A stretch of 64,000 bases of DNA, from positions 17,091 through 81,090 of the forward strand of contig CAZLCD010000001.1 of the NCBI GenBank assembly GCA_964558375.1, given 5' to 3'. The number at the start of each line of letters is the position of its first letter. Position 1 is the stretch's first letter. Of this stretch, positions 1 through 9,050 are shown one piece after another. The notes under the pieces are model-generated. The model made no database searches. It was not told where the DNA came from and saw only the letters and a program-made list of their open reading frames with translations. Position numbers and translations under genes: made by a program. Source of the stretch: an uncultured Candidatus Saccharibacteria bacterium. Its GTDB lineage: Bacteria; Patescibacteriota; Minisyncoccia; Phycocordibacterales; PALSA-1337.

Positions 1-232
1 TAAATTTCTGAGCATTGGTATCGACATATTCTTTAATATCAATCCCGAGGGCTAGCGCATTTCTTTGAACCTTTATCCCATGCTCATCTGTACCAGTGTT
101 GAAAAACACTTCATAGCCTTGCGACTTTTTGACCCGCGCTATGACATCTGCACGTATAAATTCCAAAGCATGTCCAATATGAGGCTCGGCGTTTGCGTAA
201 GGCAAGGTGGTTGTTATATAGAAGTTCTTCAT
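1..232 (-). CDS. metG: Methionyl-tRNA synthetase, N-terminal part (gene continues beyond window start)
   Basis: Minus-strand translation from ATG at 232: MKNFYITTTLPYANAEPHIGHALEFIRADV... (class I HIGH motif region typical of MetRS). ATGA start/stop overlap with the downstream peptidase gene. Confidence 0.7.
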   Translation of the reverse strand, partial: MKNFYITTTLPYANAEPHIGHALEFIRADVIARVKKSQGYEVFFNTGTDEHGIKVQRNALALGIDIKEYVDTNAQKF

Positions 233-1500
233 TTGAAAGTTAGGATCTTTTTAAATTTATTATCATCTTTATATGGACCTATTATAGCCAAGTTTAGCTT
301 TTCATCAACAAAGATCATTTTGGCAATATTCTGTATTTCCTCCGGCGTAACCTTTTCCATCTCCTCTATTTCCTCCATTGGAGTTTTGACTTCCCCTTTC
401 AAAATATTGGCGATAGCCACATACTCTGCTCTAGCGTCTGAAGTCTCAAGTCCCAAGAGAAATCCACCCTTGATAGAATCCTTAACCATTCTCAACTCCC
501 TCTCAGAAATTGGTTCGTCTATTAATTTCTTACACTCATCAATTAAAGTTTTAATAACTTCTTCAATCCTTGAAACATCAACCCCAGCAGAAATAGTAAA
601 TATTCCATGATCTGTGTATGTATCATTGTAAGCATTTACATAGTACCCGACACCCATCTCTTCACGAAGTTTCTGGAAAAGACGCGAGCTCATACCCTTA
701 CCCAGAACAGCTGAGAGCATACTTATCGCGGGGTCGTATTTATTTTTTGCATCAAAGGTTCTTACACCCAAGACAAGATGCGCTTGATCCGTCTCTTTAA
801 ATTTAAGAGAGATCGCTGGCTCGCCTTGAACCTCTTTAATTAAAAGCTTTTTACTTTTCTTTTCTGTAGAAATATTTGAAAAATATTTTGAAACTTTTTC
901 TATAATACTTTTTTCATCAAATGACCCAGAAACAATGACTGTGGTAGCCTCGGTTACATAATGATCCTTTATATAATTTACAAAATTATCTCTTGTAAAG
1001 CTTCTGACAGTCTGTTCATTGCCGGCTATATTCCACCCCGCTGGCTGATCTCCATATACAAGTTCCATAAAAATATTATGGATATTTCGATGTGGCATAT
1101 CTTGATACATTTTTATTTCCTCAACTATCACCCCTTTTTCTTTTTCAATTTCTTTTTCATTTAATAAAGGATTTAAATAAATGTCAGATACGACATCGAG
1201 AGCTGTGTCTATATGCTCTGGACTAACTTTGGCATAGTAGCCTGTGTATTCTTGAGAAGTAAAAGCATTGTACTGAGCTCCTAGAGATTCTAGTTCGCGA
1301 GAGATATCTATGGATTTCGGACGCTTAGATGTACCCTTAAAAACCATATGCTCAAGAAAATGCGAAAGGCCACTCACCTCTTTTGTCTCATATTTTGAAC
1401 CTGTTTCGACAGTTACAAGAACTGTAACAGCGGGATTGTCGACCATTGGGACGGTGATGACCTTGAGGCCATTTGGGAGAATTGTTTGGTGGAATTGCAT
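229..1500 (-). CDS. M16 family (insulinase-like) zinc peptidase
   Basis: HxxEH inverted zinc-binding motif (HFLEHMVFKG) near the N-terminus, about 420 aa, typical M16 architecture. Confidence 0.8.
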   Translation of the reverse strand: MQFHQTILPNGLKVITVPMVDNPAVTVLVTVETGSKYETKEVSGLSHFLEHMVFKGTSKRPKSIDISRELESLGAQYNAFTSQEYTGYYAKVSPEHIDTALDVVSDIYLNPLLNEKEIEKEKGVIVEEIKMYQDMPHRNIHNIFMELVYGDQPAGWNIAGNEQTVRSFTRDNFVNYIKDHYVTEATTVIVSGSFDEKSIIEKVSKYFSNISTEKKSKKLLIKEVQGEPAISLKFKETDQAHLVLGVRTFDAKNKYDPAISMLSAVLGKGMSSRLFQKLREEMGVGYYVNAYNDTYTDHGIFTISAGVDVSRIEEVIKTLIDECKKLIDEPISERELRMVKDSIKGGFLLGLETSDARAEYVAIANILKGEVKTPMEEIEEMEKVTPEEIQNIAKMIFVDEKLNLAIIGPYKDDNKFKKILTFK

Positions 1501-1509
1501 GGGGTTAGG

Positions 1510-2835
1510 TTACAAAATAAACTCTTTTATATAAGATATCAACCCCTCCACCTTTACCCTCTCCTGCTTTCCACTATCCCTATCCCTCACCGTTACTCCT
1601 TCATTTTTTTCAATTGTATCAAAGTCTATTGTCACACAAAGAGGTGTACCTATCTCATCTTGTCTTCGATATCTTTTACCGATGTTTCCATTGTCGTCAA
1701 ACACCACTCCATCTATTTCTTTACGGATCATTTCATAAATCTCGCGAGCCTTCTCTACAAGCAATGGTTTGTTTTTAAGCAAAGGAAAGATAGCAACTTT
1801 AACAGGAGCAATCTTTGGAGAAAGTTTCAAGTAAACTCTTTTCTCGCCATCTATTTCGTCTTCGGTATAAGCATCAGAGAGTACAGCGAGAACAAGGCGA
1901 TCCACACCAAAGGTCGGTTCTATACAGTGAGGGATGAATCTCTCTTTGGTTTCTTCATCAAAATACGAAAGATCTACCTTACTAGCATCTGTATGGGCCT
2001 TGAGGTCAAAGTCTGTTCTATAAGCAAGACCGAGAAGTTCCTTCTGGCCAAAAGGAAAATCAAATTCTGTATCGACACTTCTCTTCGAATAGTGCGCACG
2101 ATCTGTGTCTGGAACTTCGATTTTATGAATTTTGGAAGCAGTCAGACCGATATCTTTTAAGAAAGACATTTGATCTTCATATAAAGCATTGAAAGTTTCA
2201 TCTATTTTTTTGGAATCACGAGGATCGACAAAGTATTCTATTTCCATTTGCTCAAATTCTCTTGTGCGGAAAATAAAATCTCTAGGAGCAATCTCATTGC
2301 GGAAAGCCTTACCGATCTGTGCTAAGCCAAAAGGAAGCTTGGGATGAATACTGTCTATGATATTTTTAAAATTAACAAACATACCCTGCGCAGTTTCCGG
2401 ACGGAGATATGAGACAGAATCTTCACTTTCTGTAGCACCGACAGAAGTTTTGAACATCATATTAAATTGTCGAGCCTCGCCGAGAGCACCTTCACAATCT
2501 GGACATTTCTTGGGATCTTCGAGTTGATCCGCACGGAAGCGATGTTTGCATTTCTTACATTCAACAAGAGGATCAGAGAAGCCACTTACATGACCACTAG
2601 CCTTCCAGACACTTTGATTCATAAGTATAGAAGCGTCTACTCCGTACATATCTGCTCGATCTTTAACGAAACGTTTCCACCACAGTCCCTTTATATTATT
2701 TTTTAAATCCAGACCAAAACAAACATAGTCCCACGTCCCTGCCAACCCACCATATATTTCTGATCCCTGAAAAATAAAACCCCGCCTCTTGCAGAGTGAT
2801 ATTATCTTTTCCATCTTTGTTTCTTCTTTTTGCAT
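1510..2835 (-). CDS. glyQS: Glycyl-tRNA synthetase (alpha2 dimeric type)
   Basis: Class II aaRS motifs and strong GlyRS-like sequence ([20 protein letters not shown]-like N-terminus, Cys-rich insertion CKKCKHRF...CPDC). Confidence 0.9.
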   Translation of the reverse strand: [441 protein letters not shown]

Positions 2836-2846
2836 TTAAATTAAAA

Positions 2847-4790
2847 TTATCTCACAACCTTTTCATCTCCATCTTTGAAAGTCGGATCTGAGCCGAACCT
2901 TGTCGTCAATGGATTTAGATTACTACTTAGAGATTGATTTGTAAAATCGTCCTGACCAGTGAGAGTGGCCTGATTAACCAAAACCGGGAATTGACCAACT
3001 TGAGTAACACTTGGAGTAACTGCGACTTGGAAAGAAACCTGATGACGATTGGTAGAATTGTTAAGGGTATAAGTGCCGATATCTCCTACATTCCAAACGA
3101 TAGTTCCATCGAGTTCATTGAAACTAATATTCTCAGTTGAGGGACTAGTCTTGCCCGTCCATTTTACATGAGCAGGAATACTCGCGGTAACTTTTGCATT
3201 ACTAACCGAGCTTGAGGTATTGTCTATAGTCCAAACTATAGTATAAGTAGTCTCTTGCTCGGCTTTCGGCGGAATAGGTCCGGTGTTGGTAAAAGGACCG
3301 GTTGAGCGAATAACCTGTCCACCGATAGAGACATTTGATGAAACCTTTATATATCTTTCAGCACTAGAGGAAATCGTTTCTAATGTATCAGACTCCGAAT
3401 TCCTTTTGCCCACAACCTTTACCAAGATTTTCATATCTGGATTAATAATAAACTTTGAAGAAGAGTTGAGATTGCGAGGAATGATACTGAAGCTCACCCT
3501 GCCACTTCCGCTAGCTGGGATGCTTTTCAAATCTCTAGTGTTGATCTGATTCCAAACAATTTCATTGTCGGCAGATTTGTACAAACCTTGTTCAGGAGAA
3601 ACAGAATTTTTGTCAAAAGAACTACCGGAGAAACCTACATGAACTTCGGCATCGATAATAGGTGTAGGTAAGTTGTTAAAATATTCGATAGCGACCCTTA
3701 GAGAATTGTCAAAAGAAGCCACATATTCTTGACCATCATCATCTCCATTTAGAGATAAGCCGATATTTATAAAAGGCTTTTTGATACTAATCTCTTTTGA
3801 AGAGTTGATGTATTCGGTGCCGATAGCCTTGGTATTGGTGAGACTCTGCGCACCCGCTACAAATCGAAAGATTCGATTTTCATCATCCTGACCATCGATC
3901 TTCCCTCTTATCTTTATCACCTTCTTGCCACCCGGAGGAATGTCGCCGATTTTCCATAGAGAATTTTCATTTAATGGTTTCAAGTCCGAACTAACATAGC
4001 TAAATCCGAAAGGATAGACAGATTTTAATAAAAGATTTTTGATAATCTCCTTCGAATTTGAATTCATAGTTACCGTAAGGTCGAACTCCTGACCAGAATT
4101 AACTTCTTCAATGGAATCCACTGTCAAGGTAAGTGGAGTTGAACCTATAAGCAAATCAAAAGTCTTTTCTTTTTTAAAGATGGAAGTAGAACCTTTAACA
4201 CGATATTCTATAGTAACCTTAATTTCTTTTTTACTATTTTCTTCACCATAGACAATGGCTTGAACAGTTTTTCGACCGACTCCACCAGAAGGAATATCAC
4301 TTATAAGTTCTCTAAAATTTTTTAATTCTTTAGAGCTATCATTTGCCTCAGTTGCCCCAGCTGGGAAATCGACGATCAGGTCGACTGTTTCGAGTTTGAT
4401 ATTATTATAATTTGAAACTTGAATATCGAAGGTCACCGGCTCGCCGCCAGCCACAGATACAGGTCCGTCAATAGTAATGTCTATATTGTTCGCCGAAACG
4501 ATATTTGATCCATTGAAAACCAAGTAGGCACCCGCACTCAAAGCCAGCACAAAAAATATAATCGACCCTATAAGAATTTTTGTAAAAAATGACATGGATG
4601 TATCTTTGTAACGCTGATTAAGTTTAATTTCATCAGGAGTTTCTTCCTTATGTTCCCAGTCACTTTGAATATCTGTACTCTGTTGCTCAAAGCGAAGGCG
4701 CCTTTTGGTGCGAATATTTGGAACATTGGGAGAATAAAGCGATTTTTTTAGCTCTTCAATTCGACTCTTTTCCTCTTGATTCATATGCAC
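2847..4790 (-). CDS. Hypothetical membrane-anchored protein with large beta-rich extracytoplasmic region
   Basis: Single N-proximal TM helix (ILIGSIIFFVLALSAGAYLVF) after a charged cytoplasmic N-terminus, followed by about 550 aa rich in T/S/N/G with repeated beta-like segments. No recognisable catalytic motif. Confidence 0.5.
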   Translation of the reverse strand: MHMNQEEKSRIEELKKSLYSPNVPNIRTKRRLRFEQQSTDIQSDWEHKEETPDEIKLNQRYKDTSMSFFTKILIGSIIFFVLALSAGAYLVFNGSNIVSANNIDITIDGPVSVAGGEPVTFDIQVSNYNNIKLETVDLIVDFPAGATEANDSSKELKNFRELISDIPSGGVGRKTVQAIVYGEENSKKEIKVTIEYRVKGSTSIFKKEKTFDLLIGSTPLTLTVDSIEEVNSGQEFDLTVTMNSNSKEIIKNLLLKSVYPFGFSYVSSDLKPLNENSLWKIGDIPPGGKKVIKIRGKIDGQDDENRIFRFVAGAQSLTNTKAIGTEYINSSKEISIKKPFINIGLSLNGDDDGQEYVASFDNSLRVAIEYFNNLPTPIIDAEVHVGFSGSSFDKNSVSPEQGLYKSADNEIVWNQINTRDLKSIPASGSGRVSFSIIPRNLNSSSKFIINPDMKILVKVVGKRNSESDTLETISSSAERYIKVSSNVSIGGQVIRSTGPFTNTGPIPPKAEQETTYTIVWTIDNTSSSVSNAKVTASIPAHVKWTGKTSPSTENISFNELDGTIVWNVGDIGTYTLNNSTNRHQVSFQVAVTPSVTQVGQFPVLVNQATLTGQDDFTNQSLSSNLNPLTTRFGSDPTFKDGDEKVVR

Positions 4791-4808
4791 AATTATAGCA
4801 TACCTCTA

Positions 4809-5378
4809 TTACAAATGACTTGCCTTAAGGGCAGAGTTCACAACTTCGACAATCTTTTTTTTATCCACCTTAAATGATTCAAGTAATTCTTGGTTCAAAA
4901 GATTATTTTCAACATATTTAGAAAAATTTTTGTTTGAAATATATCCAAGGGTATTGAGAATTCTTAGTATAGTCAGACATTCTATAGCTTCATAATTTTC
5001 TTCTTTAATCTCTTCTTTGATCGGGGTCTTATATAATTCCTCTATAATTTCAAATAGCTTTTCGTTTTTTTCTTCGCCATGAAGTAAACGCTTCAATAAT
5101 TTTAAGATTTTTAAATGCAGAATAGTTCCGGAAGTAGAAGTATATGGAAGTTCATGAGCACCCGTCACTCTCCAAACTTCCTTGCCTCGAACCACAGAAA
5201 TATTTGAGAAATTTGCATCCTGCACATGATAGCGAAGTTTGGACTGTGCCAACCTTATCCCCTGCGCCACCGCCCCTATCATCCCAAAGTCTTTTGTGAA
5301 GAGTAACAGAAACTTCCCCGCTTCGCCGTAAGGGCTACTATGAACAATAAACGCTGGGGTGGTGTAGATGTGATGCAT
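4809..5378 (-). CDS. recO: DNA repair protein RecO (short form lacking C-terminal zinc finger)
   Basis: N-terminal OB-fold region matches RecO (AFIVHSSPYGEAGKFLLLFTKDFGMIGAVAQGIR vs E. coli [34 protein letters not shown]). Confidence 0.65.
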   Translation of the reverse strand: MHHIYTTPAFIVHSSPYGEAGKFLLLFTKDFGMIGAVAQGIRLAQSKLRYHVQDANFSNISVVRGKEVWRVTGAHELPYTSTSGTILHLKILKLLKRLLHGEEKNEKLFEIIEELYKTPIKEEIKEENYEAIECLTILRILNTLGYISNKNFSKYVENNLLNQELLESFKVDKKKIVEVVNSALKASHL

Positions 5379-5382
5379 TTAT

Positions 5383-8300
5383 TTACCTCTCGATCTTCAT
5401 TTTAAGAGTAAGATCTCCTAGAGTGATCTGTTCTATATCTAAAGACTTAAACTCAATATCTTTTAATAAAGTTGCTTTTAGAATTGTCTCTTTATTTCTT
5501 AAAATCAAATCTGAATTGTCTTTCGATGAATCGATAGCGAGAACTACTTGATCTTTTATAGTCAAATTGCTCTCCTTCCTCAACTCCTGTATCGCTCTTA
5601 TAAGCTCGCGTACTATTCCCTTTTCTTTCAGATCTGGAGTGATGGTTGTATCCAAGACTACTTCTTCGTTAAGATTTTTATCGAAGACAACTTCTAGAAC
5701 ATTGACCTCGTCTTTTATTAACTCGAGCAAATCAGTAGGGATAGATTTCTTTATTGTAAGTTTTGATAGAGGTTGTCTGACATTGATCTTGGCTTTCATG
5801 CGCGCTTCAAGTCCTAGAGATGCCGTTATGCGCACTTCTCTCATATTTTCCAAAACACTATTATCAAATTTTGAAATCTCTGGCCAAGATTCTAAATGAA
5901 CACTTTCCTTCTCGCCCTTTAAACGAAGATAGATATCTTCTGCGATAAAAGGCATAAAAGGTGCCATCAGTTTTGTAAAATCGATAAGTATTTTTCTTAA
6001 GGTGGAAAGTGCCAAATCTCTATCACTCAAGTCTTCTCCTTTAAAACGATCGCGGGATCGACGCAAATACCAAGTCGAAAGATCGTCGACAAAATCCGCG
6101 ATAGGTCTAGAGGCTTTATCGACTTCGTATTTTGAAAGATTATCAGTGATGTCTTTTGTGATTTCATTGAGCCTTGTCATGATCCATATATCGAGAACAT
6201 GAGTACTTGCTGTATCTTTTTTAACTAATTTCTTTTCTAAAATATCAGGTGCGTACATTTCATAAAATGAAACGATATTGTTGAGACGACCGATATGTTT
6301 TTTGACGACTTCATCTACACCCTTTTCGGAAAAGGCAAAATCTTGACCCTTGACCACGGGCGAAGACATGAGGAAGTATCGAAGTGCATCAGCCCCGTAC
6401 TTATCCACCATAAGCATGAGATTTGGATAATTCTTTTTAGACTTTGACATTTTTTGACCATCTTCCGCTAGAACAAGACCGTTAACCACTACTTGTTTGT
6501 ATGGACTTTTGCCGAACAGCGCCACCCCAAGCACAAGCATGGAGTAGAACCATCCACGAGTCTGATCCAAACCTTCGGCGATAAAGTCTGCAGGATAACC
6601 CTTGGTCTTTCCCAAAATTTTACTAAATGGTCCAGGCTTTGGATTGAAGTCGCATTTGTTAAATGGATAATGTGCTTCACCGAAAGGCATAGAGCCGGAT
6701 TCAAACCAACAGTCAAAAACTTCCGGAACTCTTTGCATTTGATTGCCTTTTTCTGAAATAAGTTCTATGTCATCAATGAAAGGTCTATGAAGATCGATCT
6801 CGTATTTTTCATTGTGAGGTAAAGGATGGAAGTCGAGCTTTCTTGGTTTGGAATTTTTATTGTAATGTTCAGCTGAACCACGCAAAGCTATGGACTGCTT
6901 TTCATCCAAACCTTGCACGACGGTCTCGAGAAGGAAGAGTGGTGTATCGTGAGAGACAATTAGGATATTTTGACCCTTGTAACTTTTTTCCATATCATAG
7001 ATAAAATCCCCTACTCTCTTTTTTATATCAGTATAATTTTCACCTCCTTCAGGTGTCTGTGTAAAACGGTCTTTCTGAGCAAAGGCGTGCATAAAATCAT
7101 TGAAGTTTTTACCATTCCACACTCCAGCATTAAGTTCTGTGAGTCTATTGTCAGTTATTATCTTTGAGGCATCCAAATTAAGCTTCTTTGAAATAATTTC
7201 TGCGGTTTCTTTTGTTCTAATAAAAGGAGAAGTAAAAATTAGATCAATCTTTTTATTAGACAACCACTTGGAAGCATCGCTAGCTTGCTTTTTACCCATC
7301 TCACTAAGATGATGCGGATTGTCGGCTCGTGAACTTATGATTGCTTTTGTATTGTTTTCTGCTTCACCGTGCCTGCATACATAGTAAGTATTTCTAGCAT
7401 GACTATACTTTTTTAGATCATTTATAGAGCCTATCACCTTACACTCTTCAGTCTTGATATCCTTCCACACAGGAAGAGGTGCACCCCAGAAACGTGAACG
7501 GGAAATAGCCCAGTCTCGAGCACCGAGAAGCCAATTGCCGAACCTTCCCTCGCCCACCTCCTTTGGAACCCAGTCGATTTTTTTGTTTTCATTTACAAGC
7601 TTGTCGCGAATCGCTGTGACTTTTACAAACCAAGAAGAAGAAGCGTAGTTTAAAAGCGGAGTGTCGCAACGCCAACAATGCGGATACGAGTGAATAATTT
7701 TTTCTTTAGAGAAAAGGATATTTTTGTGAGCAAGGTATTTTATAATCTCAATATCTGCTTTTTGATGAGTTTCTATTTTATTGGCCTTATCCTCTGCTGT
7801 GTCCTTTGGCTTTACATCTTGCCCTGCAAAGTCTGTAACTTCTTTTTTGAATTTACCATCAGTACCAACATGTTGAATAAATGGCAGATTATTTTTTAAA
7901 GATAATTCATAATCATCAGCACCAAAAGCGGGAGCAATATGCACAATACCAGTCCCAGCATCTGTTGTAACAAAATCTGCTCCATAGATCTTCCATCCAT
8001 TCTGGAGATTTTTTAATTTGGCATCATCTGAATAATAATTAAAAATTGGCTCGTAAGACTGGCCGATGAGATCTTTGCCTTCTATCTCTTCGAGGGTTTT
8101 ATACTCTGTCTTTATAACTGATAGTCTGGATTGAGCAAGAATAAACTTTTCATTATTTATTTCTATCTTTATATATTTGATTGAGGGATTTATAGCCAAA
8201 GCCACATTCCCCGGTAAAGTCCAAGGGGTTGTAGTCCATGCCAAGAAAAAAGTATTCGCCTCGCTATTTTTTTCATCTTTCAATTTAAATTTAACATAGA

Positions 8301-8934
8301 CAGAAATATCTGTAATATCTTTATAACCTTGAGTCACTTCAAAATTGGAAAGTGTCGTTTCGCATCGCGGACAAAGGTTCATAGACTTGAACCCTTCGTA
8401 TATCAAACCTTTTTTATAGAGTTCAGCGAAAGCCCACCACACAGACTCGGTGTAGCTTGCATCCATAGTCCTATAATCATTTTCCATATCCACCCACCTT
8501 CCGAGGCGAGGAATTATCTTTCTCCAATCACTTGCATATTTCATCACACTGCCTTGTGCCATGGCATTGAACTTACCTATACCGTAGTCCACAATATCTT
8601 TTTTCGAGGCCAATTTTAATTCTTTCTCAACGATATTTTCTACAGGCAGACCATGACAATCCCAACCCCAACGACGGCGCACCCTATAGCCTTTCATAGT
8701 TTTGAAACGAGGAATAATGTCTTTGATAGTTCCAGGCACTACATGTCCATAGTGTGGCTCTCCAGTCGCAAAAGGTGGTCCATCATAGAAAACAAAGTCA
8801 CCCTTTGGCGAGCTCTTTTCCAAAGTCTTTTTGAAAATATTGTTCTTTTCCCAAAAGGCCAGTATTTTCTCCTCGGTCTCGGCTACCTTGCTTTTCTCTT
8901 GGGTTTTGTCTGTATTTATCGGTTCATTCTGCAT
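5383..8934 (-). CDS. ileS: Isoleucyl-tRNA synthetase carrying an internal histidine-phosphatase-like domain
   Basis: HIGH-type motif (PPFATGEPHYGH), KMSKS present, full-length IleRS similarity. About 190 aa inserted between the WGAPLPVW and DCWFESGS blocks, containing an RHGEAENN motif and a second His motif (LIVSHDTPL) of the histidine phosphatase superfamily. Confidence 0.9.
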   Translation of the reverse strand: MQNEPINTDKTQEKSKVAETEEKILAFWEKNNIFKKTLEKSSPKGDFVFYDGPPFATGEPHYGHVVPGTIKDIIPRFKTMKGYRVRRRWGWDCHGLPVENIVEKELKLASKKDIVDYGIGKFNAMAQGSVMKYASDWRKIIPRLGRWVDMENDYRTMDASYTESVWWAFAELYKKGLIYEGFKSMNLCPRCETTLSNFEVTQGYKDITDISVYVKFKLKDEKNSEANTFFLAWTTTPWTLPGNVALAINPSIKYIKIEINNEKFILAQSRLSVIKTEYKTLEEIEGKDLIGQSYEPIFNYYSDDAKLKNLQNGWKIYGADFVTTDAGTGIVHIAPAFGADDYELSLKNNLPFIQHVGTDGKFKKEVTDFAGQDVKPKDTAEDKANKIETHQKADIEIIKYLAHKNILFSKEKIIHSYPHCWRCDTPLLNYASSSWFVKVTAIRDKLVNENKKIDWVPKEVGEGRFGNWLLGARDWAISRSRFWGAPLPVWKDIKTEECKVIGSINDLKKYSHARNTYYVCRHGEAENNTKAIISSRADNPHHLSEMGKKQASDASKWLSNKKIDLIFTSPFIRTKETAEIISKKLNLDASKIITDNRLTELNAGVWNGKNFNDFMHAFAQKDRFTQTPEGGENYTDIKKRVGDFIYDMEKSYKGQNILIVSHDTPLFLLETVVQGLDEKQSIALRGSAEHYNKNSKPRKLDFHPLPHNEKYEIDLHRPFIDDIELISEKGNQMQRVPEVFDCWFESGSMPFGEAHYPFNKCDFNPKPGPFSKILGKTKGYPADFIAEGLDQTRGWFYSMLVLGVALFGKSPYKQVVVNGLVLAEDGQKMSKSKKNYPNLMLMVDKYGADALRYFLMSSPVVKGQDFAFSEKGVDEVVKKHIGRLNNIVSFYEMYAPDILEKKLVKKDTASTHVLDIWIMTRLNEITKDITDNLSKYEVDKASRPIADFVDDLSTWYLRRSRDRFKGEDLSDRDLALSTLRKILIDFTKLMAPFMPFIAEDIYLRLKGEKESVHLESWPEISKFDNSVLENMREVRITASLGLEARMKAKINVRQPLSKLTIKKSIPTDLLELIKDEVNVLEVVFDKNLNEEVVLDTTITPDLKEKGIVRELIRAIQELRKESNLTIKDQVVLAIDSSKDNSDLILRNKETILKATLLKDIEFKSLDIEQITLGDLTLKMKIER

Positions 8935-9050
8935 AATTACTAGCTATTCTAGCATTTTTCGTACAGGTTTTCTAATTTTCAATTGTCCGATTTTCTCGTA
9001 CACTTCACTTCCTTCATCTTCAACCTGTGACATTTTGCCACGCTTTCACC

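Noticed and set aside
65-610. 181-aa plus-strand ORF at the window start
   Set aside because: Lies entirely antisense to the metG 5' end and the M16 peptidase 3' end, both of which have strong homology support. Low-complexity translation.
6489-7899. Multiple 60-110 aa ORFs on both strands inside ileS
   Set aside because: All lie antisense or out of frame within a gene with continuous IleRS homology.
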